DNA of 64,000 nt from an uncultured Alphaproteobacteria bacterium (GCA_905233975.1 CAJOGD010000005.1:10362-74361); one strand, 5' to 3'. Positions 44,834-55,486 are shown, counted from the first letter of the stretch. The notes: generated by a model not told the origin, from the sequence alone. Numbers and translations are program-made.

Positions 44834-44990
44834 GTCATACCGCCGAAAGGCGGTATCTCCTCAGGCTTTCCTGAGAATTAGTCCGCGACGGTTCCGACGG
44901 GATTCCGGTTTCGCTCGGCTTATTGCCTGCGCGCAAATTTGTAGTTGTTTGAACTTCGCTTACGCTCGTTCTCGCATACAAATTTTCGCC
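44834..44990. repeat. ~160-bp composite repeat, copy B
   Basis: Same orientation as copy A. Together the two copies bracket paralogue 3. Confidence 0.9.
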
Positions 44991-44994
44991 GAAT

Positions 44995-45235
44995 CGCCGC
45001 AATGGAAACCACGCGGTCGGGGTGTTAGCAAATCATTTGTGTCAAAGATTCCGGTGGCCTTTTGCCAAGGCATTATAACCACAGGCACCCCAACATTGGG
45101 GTAAATCCATAAAACGGTGCAAAACACATGGGAAACCATATGGATACGATGCTTTGCACCGGACACAAATGGGCCTGCTATAGCCCCGAACCAGATTCCC
45201 ATCTGATTCAATGTGTATTCTAACAAAAATTGCAA
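44995..45235 (-). promoter_or_regulatory. conserved structured 5' leader of paralogue 3
   Basis: Its reverse complement aligns to 26140-26378 with covarying stems. Confidence 0.6.
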
Positions 45236-45312
45236 AAACGGGTCAAGGGATTTTTTTATGCGGCGATAAAAAACGGGGCAGACGCCCCGTATAATAACAT
45301 ATTTCAATTATA

Positions 45313-47133
45313 CTATTTTTGCACAAAGTGCACACTGTATTGCGGTTTTTTATCCGCCCCCAATGCGCTGCGTACAACCCGGTTGGCGGCCGTTTGAACC
45401 GCACGAACCAAATTATCGTGAACTTTGCGTTCGGCCTTGGACATGTCATCTATGGCCTTGGTTATTTCAATTTGAATTTGGCGTTTCATAAAACCGGTCG
45501 CGTCGGATTCAAAGATACCCGCACTTGAAACCTCTGGCGTGCCTTTTAGAAATCCGCGTTTATCAATCGGCAACGTAACAAAGATTGCGCCGTTCGATGC
45601 GATTTTTTTCCGATTCTTGTACACCTGGTCATTGGCACTGCGTTCGGTTTCACCCTCCATAACAACAAAGCCCGTTTCAATGGTTTCGCATACGTATGGT
45701 TCGATGCCATCGCCCAGTGCAATCATTTCACCGTTCCGTACCAACATCATGTGCTTTGCACCGCCGCGTTCCATCGCCATTTTCCCGTTCAGCATTTCAT
45801 TTATATAATCACCATGCATCGGGATTGAAACCTGGGGGTGGACCATATCATAGAAACGTTCCATTTCCGGACGGCCGGCGTGGCCACTGGCGTGCACATG
45901 GTCGGTATCGTAAATCGTATGCGTGTGGATTCCCATTTTCGCAAGTTTGTTATACAGGAATGAAACGTCCTGTTCGCGGCCGGGAATAATAATCGCACTG
46001 AACACCACCGTATCGGTCGGCATAAGTTTCATTTCTTTTACCTGGCCACGACATAGACGCGTCAACATTGCGAACTTTTCGCCCTGGGATCCCGTCAGGA
46101 ATATTGCCTGTTTTTCCGCCGGCAAATCCTTGATTTCCGAATACTGATAGACATCGTTTTCTTTCAGGTATTTGAAATCGATTCCCATTTCGCGAAATTC
46201 TGGCAACCCAACATACGGCACCGGATTTGGATTACTGCGTTCCTTGATCGCGGCCATGCGGCCCGTTGCACGTGCGGCCTCTGCAAACATCTTCAGTCGC
46301 GCGATACTGCGTGAATAGCCCGTCACAATAACGCGCCCCGGCGCATCACGCATGATTTGCGTCAATGTGTCGCGAACCTGAGCCTCGGTCGTTTGGGGAT
46401 TTTGACGCGACACCGATGTCGAATCGCATGCGCACGCGATAAGCCGCGGATCCGAACCAATTTCACGCAGGCGTGCGTAATCGGTGCCCGGTTCTATTGG
46501 ATTATCATCATTAAATGTCCAATCGCCGGTGTGCAAAATTTTCCCCGCACCGGTTTTTATGATTAACATCTGCGCTTCGGGGACCGAATGACTTACGTGG
46601 AAAGTTTCAACTTCAAACGGGTCAAGTTTTAATGTCGCGCCCGCCGCATCAAATTCAATAATGTCGCGCTTTGGGTTGAAATCCAGTTCAATACCGCGAA
46701 ACGTTTGACGCAAGATTTCAGCCGGAAACCGCGTGCAATAAATAGGTTTGCGGAACTTTGGCCAAATGTATTTAAGCGCGCCAATGTGGTCTTCGTGTCC
46801 ATGCGTGATTACAAACGCGACAACATCTTTCTTGCGTTTTTCAAGCCACCGCGTGTCACAATATTGCACATCGCCGGCACCGATTTCTTCCTCTAGAAAT
46901 CCCATGCCGCAATCGACAACAATGAATTTTCCCTTGTATTTGTACAAGTACATATTCTGACCGACATGTTCCAATCCGCCAAGCGCCATGAAATAAACCC
47001 TTTCGTCGTTCGCGTCCGATTCCGGCGCAACCTTTTTCTTTTTGGCATTCTGTTCATTGGAAACGTGCACAGATAAATCTTCGTCCGTATCCACATCAAG
47101 ATCCGGTTCAATATATTCGTGTAATTTAACCAT
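45313..47133 (-). CDS. rnj: ribonuclease J (beta-CASP metallo-beta-lactamase)
   Basis: MBL motif VITHGHEDHIGAL, beta-CASP region and C-terminal domain. About 50-aa acidic N-terminal extension. Confidence 0.85.
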   Translation of the reverse strand: MVKLHEYIEPDLDVDTDEDLSVHVSNEQNAKKKKVAPESDANDERVYFMALGGLEHVGQNMYLYKYKGKFIVVDCGMGFLEEEIGAGDVQYCDTRWLEKRKKDVVAFVITHGHEDHIGALKYIWPKFRKPIYCTRFPAEILRQTFRGIELDFNPKRDIIEFDAAGATLKLDPFEVETFHVSHSVPEAQMLIIKTGAGKILHTGDWTFNDDNPIEPGTDYARLREIGSDPRLIACACDSTSVSRQNPQTTEAQVRDTLTQIMRDAPGRVIVTGYSRSIARLKMFAEAARATGRMAAIKERSNPNPVPYVGLPEFREMGIDFKYLKENDVYQYSEIKDLPAEKQAIFLTGSQGEKFAMLTRLCRGQVKEMKLMPTDTVVFSAIIIPGREQDVSFLYNKLAKMGIHTHTIYDTDHVHASGHAGRPEMERFYDMVHPQVSIPMHGDYINEMLNGKMAMERGGAKHMMLVRNGEMIALGDGIEPYVCETIETGFVVMEGETERSANDQVYKNRKKIASNGAIFVTLPIDKRGFLKGTPEVSSAGIFESDATGFMKRQIQIEITKAIDDMSKAERKVHDNLVRAVQTAANRVVRSALGADKKPQYSVHFVQK

Positions 47134-47209
47134 ATATAAAATCCTTTATTAAAATTTCAGCAGGGATATTACAGTTTTTTTGTTATAAACACAAGAAAAA
47201 TAGTAGCGA

Positions 47210-47240
47210 TAAAAAACACCCCGCTATTGCGGGGTGTGCG
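47210..47240 (-). terminator. intrinsic terminator downstream of hup
   Basis: caccccgc-aata-gcggggtg followed by a T-run on the minus strand. Confidence 0.6.
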
Positions 47241-47257
47241 ATAAATCAAACAAATGT

Positions 47258-47530
47258 TTAATTCAAAGCATCTTTCAAAGCCTTGCCAGGTTTAAATTTC
47301 GGCTGAGTAGAGGCCGGAATTTTAATAGCAGCACCCGTTTGCGGGTTGCGGCCAGTTGTGGCTTTGCGCTTTGCGGTTGTGAATGTACCAAAACCGACCA
47401 AACGAACGTCACCCTTCTTTTTCAGAACTTTCGTGACAGTGTTGATAAACGCGTCAAGACACGCCGCAGCGGTTGCTTTGGTGATATCAACTTCGTTTGC
47501 GATTGCTTCGATTAATTGCATTTTGTTCAT
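47258..47530 (-). CDS. hup: DNA-binding protein HU
   Basis: MNKMQLIEAIANEVDITKATA...RNPQTG...KIPASTQPKFKPGKALKDAL, the HU/IHF fold signature. Confidence 0.9.
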   Translation of the reverse strand: MNKMQLIEAIANEVDITKATAAACLDAFINTVTKVLKKKGDVRLVGFGTFTTAKRKATTGRNPQTGAAIKIPASTQPKFKPGKALKDALN

Positions 47531-47742
47531 TTGTTTTCTCCTTTCATAAATTTATTTAAGGTGTCCAACGTTCCGTTGGCAATGCCCATGAAAATCGTTG
47601 CATTTACGCCAATTATCAAATTCACCCAAACGCAACCAAGCAATTTTCAAGGGCATTGCCCGAAACGCCTAAACGAATCGTAGAGAATTCCGGGTTTCAA
47701 GTCAAGATGTATTTGCAAATTCGTGAATTTTTTTATTTTCGG

Positions 47743-48246
47743 CTATTTCGCATGAACAAGATTGGTATTAACCGCAACCGCATCGGCCGATGAATTTTCG
47801 CACAAAACCCAATCACCTGGCTTGTTCGTGACGCTTACTTCGCGATATTTATTCGGCGTGTTAAAAACCAGTATCATTATAACACCCGCCCAGAAAAGCA
47901 ACTTGGTAAAGGCCCATGGGGTTGAAAAATCTTCACGTTTAAAAGAATCTTTTAATAAATTCTGGTACAAGGCCCAGCCCCAAACAAAGGCCAATATTAT
48001 TGCCGCAAAGAAAAATCCAATTGTTATATATTTGTAAAACTGACCAAAACCGGTGGCAAGTGATGTCCACAAACTACTTTCGGCCGGACATATAAATAAC
48101 GCCCGCCCCTGCATGTCCGCCGGGATATTTATCACCGTATCGGGCCCCAATGAAAAATCAAACGCCGCCATCAAAACAATGATGGTTAGAAACGTTATCA
48201 CCGAAACCATTGACTTTTTCATTTGCGGATTTTTCCTTTGGGTCAT
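47743..48246 (-). CDS. membrane protein (hypothetical)
   Basis: 167 aa with four predicted TM helices. Confidence 0.5.
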   Translation of the reverse strand: MTQRKNPQMKKSMVSVITFLTIIVLMAAFDFSLGPDTVINIPADMQGRALFICPAESSLWTSLATGFGQFYKYITIGFFFAAIILAFVWGWALYQNLLKDSFKREDFSTPWAFTKLLFWAGVIMILVFNTPNKYREVSVTNKPGDWVLCENSSADAVAVNTNLVHAK

Positions 48247-48308
48247 GTTATTATATCATAAAAAACTAACTAATTGCAATTTTAGAAAGTTTTATTTAGA
48301 ATAATTTT

Positions 48309-49118
48309 ATGTTTAGCAAAAAACAAAATCTTGTTATTGCAATTACCACATATGATATTGATGCATTACGGATATCTGTCCCGCCCATGCGACGCTGTGC
48401 GCGTGACGCGACATTGGTTATATATAATGATAATCCGGACGCGGAACTTTCGCGCGCGATGGTTCGAAAACTTGGGTGGCGAGGGGCGTTGTATATAAAA
48501 AATTGTGAACGGAATCTTGGCGAATTCGAATCAAGAATTGCAACTTTGGAATATATCGGGCATGAAAAAATTCCATGTGATTGGGTTTTATTCGTTGATG
48601 ATGATGACGCACTGATTGATGCGGAAATTCCACGTGTTTCTGAATTAACGTTTGCGATTATTCAAAATGCAACGACCGTTTCGGAAAAACTGACCGATAT
48701 TTTCAAGATAACACCAAGATGGGTTGATGGGACCGAATATGGAAAAACGGGACCACATTTTGACATTACCGGAACACTGGTACGATATAATGCGGCGGTG
48801 GAATTTGCGGGATTTATGCGTTCTGTGTTGCCCGACATGGTAAAAATGGCACATGGGTTCAGGTATCGTGTCCCGGTCGGTGCAATAATGTGGGCGGGGC
48901 TTAATACGTTTATGCGGGCGCACCACCCGGAAATGTCCGCGATTTATATGAACCGCACCAATTATGTTTCTATCAAACTTGGGCATGCACAGAAAAAGTA
49001 TGGTATGCGGACTGTGCCGGCAACGTCCGCCCGCGTTTTTAATGCGAATGTTATTAAAAAATTTACCGAAATGTTTGAATCCGCCGCGGTGCAAAATATG
49101 GTTGCGGACGCACAATAA
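48309..49118 (+). CDS. hypothetical protein (possible glycosyltransferase-like)
   Basis: 269-aa ORF with no clear motif. A DDDD stretch (LFVDDDDALID) could be a DxD-like site. Confidence 0.4.
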   Translation: MFSKKQNLVIAITTYDIDALRISVPPMRRCARDATLVIYNDNPDAELSRAMVRKLGWRGALYIKNCERNLGEFESRIATLEYIGHEKIPCDWVLFVDDDDALIDAEIPRVSELTFAIIQNATTVSEKLTDIFKITPRWVDGTEYGKTGPHFDITGTLVRYNAAVEFAGFMRSVLPDMVKMAHGFRYRVPVGAIMWAGLNTFMRAHHPEMSAIYMNRTNYVSIKLGHAQKKYGMRTVPATSARVFNANVIKKFTEMFESAAVQNMVADAQ

Positions 49119-49158
49119 TGTTCCTATAATCTTGCCATAATAAAAAAGGAAAATCGCC

Positions 49159-51234
49159 ATGACATACAATGAAATTAGAAAAGTTTTTTTGGATTATTTT
49201 GAATCACATGGACACAAGATTGTTCCATCTGCGTCGCTTATACCAAACGATCCGACGTTGCTTTTTACCGTTGCGGGCATGGTTCCATGGAAGGGAATAT
49301 TGCAAGGGCTTGAGCCCGCGCCGGCACCGCGCGTGGCCGATGTGCAAAAGTGCATTCGCGCGGGCGGCAAACATAATGATTTGGAAGATGTTGGCTTTGA
49401 CGGTCGGCATCATACGTTCTTTGAAATGATGGGGAATTGGTCGTTTGGCGATTATTTTAAAGAGGGCGCAATCGAAATGTCATGGGATTTATTGACGCGC
49501 GTTATTGGAATCGATCCAAATCGTCTTGTCGTGACAACGCATATTTCGGATGACGAGGCGACCGCGATTTGGCGGCGTGTCGCAAACAAAGAAGCAATCC
49601 GTTTGGACAAAGACAACTGGTGGTCGGCGGGCGATACCGGTCCATGTGGCCCCTGCAGTGAGATTTACTATGACTTTGGCGCGGATATTCCGGGGGGGCT
49701 TCCCGGGACACCGGACGAAGAAGGCGGGCGTTTCGTTGAAATCTGGAACGATGTTTTCATGCAATATGACCGCGATGCGAATGGGAATTTAACAAACCTG
49801 CCAAAGCAAAATGTTGATACGGGCGCGGGGTTGGAACGCTGGGCCGCGATGCTGCAGGGAAAATTTGATAACTATGACACCGATTTGTTTGTGAACCTTA
49901 AACGCGCGGTAAGTGACGTGACCGGCGTGCGTGAGACAGATGAAAATAAAACCAGTTTCAAAGTAATCACTGACCATTTGCGTTCTGTGGGCTTTGCGAT
50001 TGCCGATGGTGTTATCCCGTCGAACACTGACCGCGGTTATGTGATTCGCCGTATTTTGCGTCGTGCGATGCGCCATGGGCAAATGCTTGGGCATTCGGGT
50101 GCGTTGCTATCGAAACTTTACCCGGCGTTGGTGGATCAGATGGGCGAAAACTATCCAGAACTTGCCAAAAACCAGGCACACGTTGTTGAAATTATAACGA
50201 ATGAAGAAAACGCCTTTGCCGATATGTTAAACAACGGCATGAAGTTATTGGACAATGAATTGCCAAAACTTTCTGGCAAAACATTGCCGGGCGCGGTGGC
50301 ATTCAAACTGTTTGACACGTATGGTTTTCCGCTTGATTTGACCCAGATGATTTTGCGGGAACGCGGCATTGATGTTGACGTTGCGGGATTCGAATCTGAA
50401 ATGGCGGCACAAAAAGAACGCAGTCGGGCCGACACGCGCGGAACAAAAACACTTTGGGAATCGCGCACCGATGTTGCGGCGACGGATGATTCGGCAAAGT
50501 ATGCACCAATTGCGGATATGCAATCGCGCGTCTTGGCGATACTGCGCGGCGAAGAATTTGTGGACACCGCGACCGACGGCGATGTGGTAGAGGTTGCATT
50601 GGATAAAACAAATTTCTATGGCACCCAGGGCGGCCAGGTTGGCGACAGTGGTAAATTGAAAATCGGCGACAATATCGTTTTGGATGTGACGGACACCGCA
50701 CGTGCGAATAATATTGTTCTGCATCGCGGAACCGTCGTCGGGAAGATTTCCGTTGGGGATACAGTAACCCCGGTTATAAACCCGGACGTTCGGGCGCAAA
50801 CGGCGCGCGCACATACCGCGACCCATTTACTCCAGGCGGCGTTGCGTCGTGTTTTGAATACCGATGTGGAACAGCGCGGATCCAAGGTTGCGCCGGATTC
50901 TGTGCGTTTTGACTTTTCGTTCGGTCGCGCAATGACGACGGAAGAAAAAACGGCGGTTGAAGATTTGGTGAACGAATGGATTGCCGCGGATATGCCAGTC
51001 ACGCACGAAGAAATGCCAATCGACGCGGCAAAAAAACGCGGGGCGATGGCACTGTTTGGTGAAAAATACGGCGATGTTGTTCGCGTAATAACGGCGGGCG
51101 ATGTATCGTGCGAACTGTGCGGTGGAACACACATAAATCATACCGGCGAAATTATTCGTGCAAAAATAAACAAGGAAAAATCCATCAGCAGCGGTATCCG
51201 CCGGATAACCATGTCCGTCGGCGCCTTGGCCTAG
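49159..51234 (+). CDS. alaS: alanine--tRNA ligase (short form lacking C-Ala domain)
   Basis: Class II catalytic core (FTVAGMVPW, FFEMMGNWSFGDYFK), tRNA-recognition domain and editing domain with HTATHLLQAALRRVL, CGGTH. 691 aa against ~870 typical. Confidence 0.85.
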   Translation: MTYNEIRKVFLDYFESHGHKIVPSASLIPNDPTLLFTVAGMVPWKGILQGLEPAPAPRVADVQKCIRAGGKHNDLEDVGFDGRHHTFFEMMGNWSFGDYFKEGAIEMSWDLLTRVIGIDPNRLVVTTHISDDEATAIWRRVANKEAIRLDKDNWWSAGDTGPCGPCSEIYYDFGADIPGGLPGTPDEEGGRFVEIWNDVFMQYDRDANGNLTNLPKQNVDTGAGLERWAAMLQGKFDNYDTDLFVNLKRAVSDVTGVRETDENKTSFKVITDHLRSVGFAIADGVIPSNTDRGYVIRRILRRAMRHGQMLGHSGALLSKLYPALVDQMGENYPELAKNQAHVVEIITNEENAFADMLNNGMKLLDNELPKLSGKTLPGAVAFKLFDTYGFPLDLTQMILRERGIDVDVAGFESEMAAQKERSRADTRGTKTLWESRTDVAATDDSAKYAPIADMQSRVLAILRGEEFVDTATDGDVVEVALDKTNFYGTQGGQVGDSGKLKIGDNIVLDVTDTARANNIVLHRGTVVGKISVGDTVTPVINPDVRAQTARAHTATHLLQAALRRVLNTDVEQRGSKVAPDSVRFDFSFGRAMTTEEKTAVEDLVNEWIAADMPVTHEEMPIDAAKKRGAMALFGEKYGDVVRVITAGDVSCELCGGTHINHTGEIIRAKINKEKSISSGIRRITMSVGALA

Positions 51235-51238
51235 GCGT

Positions 51239-51264
51239 TCAGTGTTAGTGTAAGTGGTTAGTGG
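51239..51264. repeat. TTAGTG heptamer array
   Basis: ttcagtgttagtgtaagtggttagtgg immediately after the alaS stop. Confidence 0.8.
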
Positions 51265-51330
51265 TCAGCCGGTTGTTTTGGCCCCCAAATACAACTTGAC
51301 AATCTGTATTTTTGTGTTATTCATATTAGT

Positions 51331-52401
51331 ATGAATAAAACCGAACTATCTATTATTATCCCTGTCTATAACGGCCAAAGTTATATTAGGCGCTGCGTGA
51401 AAAGCATTATGCAACAGCAGGATGCAGACAAATACGAAATGATTATCGTTGATGATTGTTCAACCGATAATACCCTAAAAATTGCAAATTCCATCGCACA
51501 AAAATACAAAAACATTCGTGTTATACCTCATAAGAAAAACACCGGCGTTTCTGGGGCGCGCAATACTGGAATCGCGGCGGCGACCGGAAAATATGTGACC
51601 TTTGTTGATGCCGACGATTGGGTAGGGGCAGATTTATCCACAATTAGTGAATGTTTTGATGAAGGCCAAAGTTTTCCGATTGGGAAATTAAACAATTTTT
51701 TTCTGATAACCCCGGAACCCATAGAACTATCCGTATCACATTTTGACGACAAATATTTTGTGAACATGTTGCGCATTGCATACGATACAGATGCCGATGT
51801 TGTCCTTGGTGGCCGGATCGCCGTAAGTGACAAACATATCATAAGACGATACTTTTATGATTCTGTAATTGTTCGCGGCACCGATACAGATGACAAATGC
51901 GAACTATTGGTAGAGGCAGACCAACGAGAATTCGCGAACTCTGCACTATATAGTCATGATATGCTAAATGCGCACGATTTGCGTTTCATGGTAAATATGG
52001 ATTTAGACGAAGATATTTTATTCTGTATGCTTGCACTGTTGTATGCGAAAAAGGTTGCGACCGCACCAGACGTCACTTATTTTTACGACAATCATTCGGG
52101 AACATTATCCAATATACGCGATGACCGCATTTGTGCCGCCAAAACCAGACTTGCACAAGTTAAAAAATATGCCGTCTTGTTAAATACAATTGCGGAAGAA
52201 ATGTCGCAATATATGAATCCAAAAGTTTTTGGATATCAGATCCCACTTTACACTCGTCACGCAAGAACCAAAAACTTCGATTGTCTTGGCTACGCTTGCG
52301 TACAAAATGACTGCACCAACTGTCCTGTGGCAAGTGATATTTTGGCACACTGTAGAGGAAACATTCAAAGATATGGTCTTAATCGTTCCGGACGAATGTA
52401 A
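51331..52401 (+). CDS. glycosyltransferase family 2
   Basis: LSIIIPVYNGQSYIRRCVKSIMQQQ...VDDCSTDNT...FVDADD, the GT-A DxD signature. Confidence 0.8.
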   Translation: MNKTELSIIIPVYNGQSYIRRCVKSIMQQQDADKYEMIIVDDCSTDNTLKIANSIAQKYKNIRVIPHKKNTGVSGARNTGIAAATGKYVTFVDADDWVGADLSTISECFDEGQSFPIGKLNNFFLITPEPIELSVSHFDDKYFVNMLRIAYDTDADVVLGGRIAVSDKHIIRRYFYDSVIVRGTDTDDKCELLVEADQREFANSALYSHDMLNAHDLRFMVNMDLDEDILFCMLALLYAKKVATAPDVTYFYDNHSGTLSNIRDDRICAAKTRLAQVKKYAVLLNTIAEEMSQYMNPKVFGYQIPLYTRHARTKNFDCLGYACVQNDCTNCPVASDILAHCRGNIQRYGLNRSGRM

Positions 52402-53005
52402 ATACAGGATATTCGGCGTTTGATTTTTCAAGCAATTTATTCGCGACATCCGGCAATTTGATTAAAACCTTGCTAAACGACGGAATCGTGATTTCGGTAT
52501 TAAATACAGGGCTTTCATTAACAAACGCCAAGCCGGGCCGTATCACAAAATCCGTCATGCCATCATTTGTCAGCGAAAATTCAATTGATGAAATTTCTAT
52601 GCGTTCATCAAAAACCGAATCCGAAACCAACATCGACGCAAAACTATCCGATGTCCGCAGCGACAAAGTATCGTCCGCCACATAGAAATATATTCCGTTT
52701 TCGACCGGAATTGGTTTAGATAAATCATGGACTATCGCGATTGGCAAAGAAAAATTCGCATAGTCGTTAAAGCCATCTGTGGAACCACACTTATTAAAAT
52801 GCGCGGCAATTTTGCGCTTTTCAAATGCGGTCTGAATTTCCGCAATCGAATCTTCATCGCAAGACATAACATACACACGCACATCAACCATCAGGGCCTT
52901 GTTCGCATCCGACAAAATATCTGACACATTCAATATCGCACTTAATTTAACCGTACACGCAACCAGCGCAAAGATGGCAATAAAAACACCAATGATTTTT
53001 TTCAT
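52379..53005 (-). CDS. lipoprotein (hypothetical)
   Basis: MKKIIGVFIAIFALVACT lipobox. 208 aa. Confidence 0.5.
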   Translation of the reverse strand: MKKIIGVFIAIFALVACTVKLSAILNVSDILSDANKALMVDVRVYVMSCDEDSIAEIQTAFEKRKIAAHFNKCGSTDGFNDYANFSLPIAIVHDLSKPIPVENGIYFYVADDTLSLRTSDSFASMLVSDSVFDERIEISSIEFSLTNDGMTDFVIRPGLAFVNESPVFNTEITIPSFSKVLIKLPDVANKLLEKSNAEYPVFTFVRND

Positions 53006-53060
53006 ATATTCTCCTTTCCTTGCCCATCAGTGTATTAAAAAACGAAATATAAAATCAATA

Positions 53061-53090
53061 GAAAAAACCACCAAACGGTGGTTTTTAAAA
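53061..53090 (-). terminator. displaced native terminator of tRNA-Gly
   Basis: On the minus strand, aaaaaccaccgtttggtggtttttt lies directly 3' of the 17-bp partial tRNA copy at the island's left end. Confidence 0.6.
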
Positions 53091-53693
53091 TTTGTGGTGC
53101 GAGCAAAGGGGAACATACCATATTTCCGTCCTGCCCCAGAAAACTAACATTTTTGCTAATTTTCAGCACCTAAATTCGTCAAAATGTCATACACTTTGTA
53201 TCACACTTTCTTGTTAATCTGATTATAATCCATTTTTTTAATAATGTAAACGGGTTTTTATGGTCGGGTAACCATTTTTACGTCTTTGTGGTCAAAAAAC
53301 ACATCCAATTTATAATTTTTTATCAACAAAGGTCTAAAAATTACGATTCTGGTATCATAATACCATAAAAATCAAAAAAAATGCAAAAAAATGACATTTA
53401 CAAAGTCGAAGAAGCCGAAAAAAAATAAAAAAAATAGTTCTATATAATATAGGGTGATTATTTTTACCTTATAAACGTAACCTATTTTTTATAGCCCCAA
53501 AAGCCACCATTTTTGGTCAAAACCAAATAATATCGAAAAATAAACCATACACGGATTTCAACCAGAAAATGTCAGTGTGATTATTTTTGTCGGTTTTTAA
53601 CATTTGGACCCTTTATGACGGCTTTTGGATTCCAATTAACATTTTCGGTCAGAAAACAACAAAACGACCGAATTTAAGTCAAAGGTATTAAAC

Positions 53694-54185
53694 ATGAGTA
53701 ATTATTTTGATGCAATTATATTTGCAAGTCAAAATCCCTGTTTCCCTGGGGATGAAAACGATACGTTAACACCTCAATTATTTAGAACTGCAAAATATTG
53801 TTTTGATAAGGATCTGGTAATTATAAAAACATTTTTAGAATGCAATCCATTGGATGATGATAAAACATTCTATCACATGATAAATTATATAAACAGTTTA
53901 CATCAATCCGTTGCAGTTGTATTTGATAGTGCTGAACAGTTGCCAACACATGATTTTGGTAAAATAGTTATATTGGATTTTATGCTGGATACGACCACAA
54001 TTGAAATACATTTGGTCAAAGAAAACGTGGCTTTGATAGACACACACAAACAATGTGAATTGAATCTGTGGTCAAAATATACCCACACAAACCCCAAACG
54101 AATGAAAAGTATTCGTGATGGCATAGACCTTTATAAAGAACTAAGATTAAATACGGATTATGGTTTACGTACCAATCTTGTCTAA
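53694..54185 (+). CDS. hypothetical protein (island cargo)
   Basis: 163-aa AT-rich ORF with no recognised motifs. Confidence 0.4.
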   Translation: MSNYFDAIIFASQNPCFPGDENDTLTPQLFRTAKYCFDKDLVIIKTFLECNPLDDDKTFYHMINYINSLHQSVAVVFDSAEQLPTHDFGKIVILDFMLDTTTIEIHLVKENVALIDTHKQCELNLWSKYTHTNPKRMKSIRDGIDLYKELRLNTDYGLRTNLV

Positions 54186-54631
54186 TTTATAACAGGTTGG
54201 GGTCTTGTAATGGTCGATTTATAATTTACAGCCCCCAAACAGATACTATTTTACCCAATTTTATTAAAAGACACAGTTTTAACCGTTTGTGTCTTATCAA
54301 CCAACGGAGTGATTATTTTGGGGTATCTGACCCCGGGTATGGTGAAAAAACGCCTTTACGTTACGGTGCGTATAAATATCACACCTGATAAGTATTTGAT
54401 GGTGTGTGTAAACGACATTATTGGACATTATGGACTTAATGAATAGACGTCTTGAAAAATAATGTCGGGCATTATCGGTATAATTTATAAATGGGCACGA
54501 CACCCAAGTAAACAATTACACCTATAATTAAAATAAAAATATAATAAAAACAATACATTATAACAATACACATTCCCCATAATTTAATAACACACATTAC
54601 TTTATGGGGCACAACATACAGGAATAATAAA

Positions 54632-55153
54632 ATGAAAAAATTCATAACAGACACTTTTTATACAAAACAACAATATCTTAAAATACTTCCACAACTTATT
54701 GACTTCTTAAACGAAAATAACCCCACACATTATTTGTGTATTCGTTTACCACTTTTTTCTGAAACATCTGATATGTATAAAGCACTTGATATATTGCACC
54801 CCATTTTATTGGACCTTGAACGTATATTAGGTGGGCTACATTGGAACAGACACCACTTACGTTTTCGTGGTGTAATCGAACTGGGTAAAAAACACGTGTG
54901 TCATTTTCATATTCATTTAACAGCACCCAATCACACATTGGAACAAATACAACGTGCTTGTGAAATTATTATGCACTTACATAAAATGCCGTCCAGGGCA
55001 ATAGACGTGCAAAACATAAACCGAACACCTGAAAATCTTGCTGGGTATAACAGTAAAGAAATTTTAACAGATAACCACCAACATTTTGACTCACTTAGGT
55101 TATTTACATCTGAACAATTATTGAATATTCCGTATAAAAGCCCAAAACAATAA
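54632..55153 (+). CDS. HUH-endonuclease-like protein (rolling-circle Rep / relaxase-like)
   Basis: HVCHFHIHL (His-hydrophobic-His) followed ~40 aa later by AGYNSKEI (Y-x-x-K), the motif II/III spacing of HUH Rep proteins. Confidence 0.4.
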   Translation: MKKFITDTFYTKQQYLKILPQLIDFLNENNPTHYLCIRLPLFSETSDMYKALDILHPILLDLERILGGLHWNRHHLRFRGVIELGKKHVCHFHIHLTAPNHTLEQIQRACEIIMHLHKMPSRAIDVQNINRTPENLAGYNSKEILTDNHQHFDSLRLFTSEQLLNIPYKSPKQ

Positions 55154-55160
55154 TAAATTG

Positions 55161-55355
55161 TTATTTTTGAACGTCATGCACCCATTTACCATTTGAATCA
55201 TATACGTGGTTATGGGTGCTGAAAGTTCCACCACTGGTAATAACAAAATCGGATGTATATGATACCAATTTACCATTTACACGACAATATTCACGATTGG
55301 AACTATCGTAAAGTCCAACTTGATTTCCAACCTGACGAACATACATAATTTTCAT
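55161..55355 (-). CDS. small hypothetical protein
   Basis: About 64 aa from MKIMYVRQVGN, with an internal YDSSNREY / YDSNGKWV repeat. Confidence 0.3.
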   Translation of the reverse strand: MKIMYVRQVGNQVGLYDSSNREYCRVNGKLVSYTSDFVITSGGTFSTHNHVYDSNGKWVHDVQK

Positions 55356-55486
55356 ATAAAATCCTTTTGTTTGAACGATTATATAATATGAAAATGGTGG
55401 TCGCAAACGGGTAATTTAATAAAATTTGTTGATTTACACAAGGCACTATATCATACTTCTATACGTATAATAAAGAAGGGTCAAAT

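Noticed and set aside
47531-47742. Inverted GGCAATGCCC / GGGCATTGCC pair ~80 bp apart upstream of hup, considered as an operator
   Set aside because: It is a single 10-bp match in a 200-bp AT-rich region and could be chance. There is no supporting conservation within the window.
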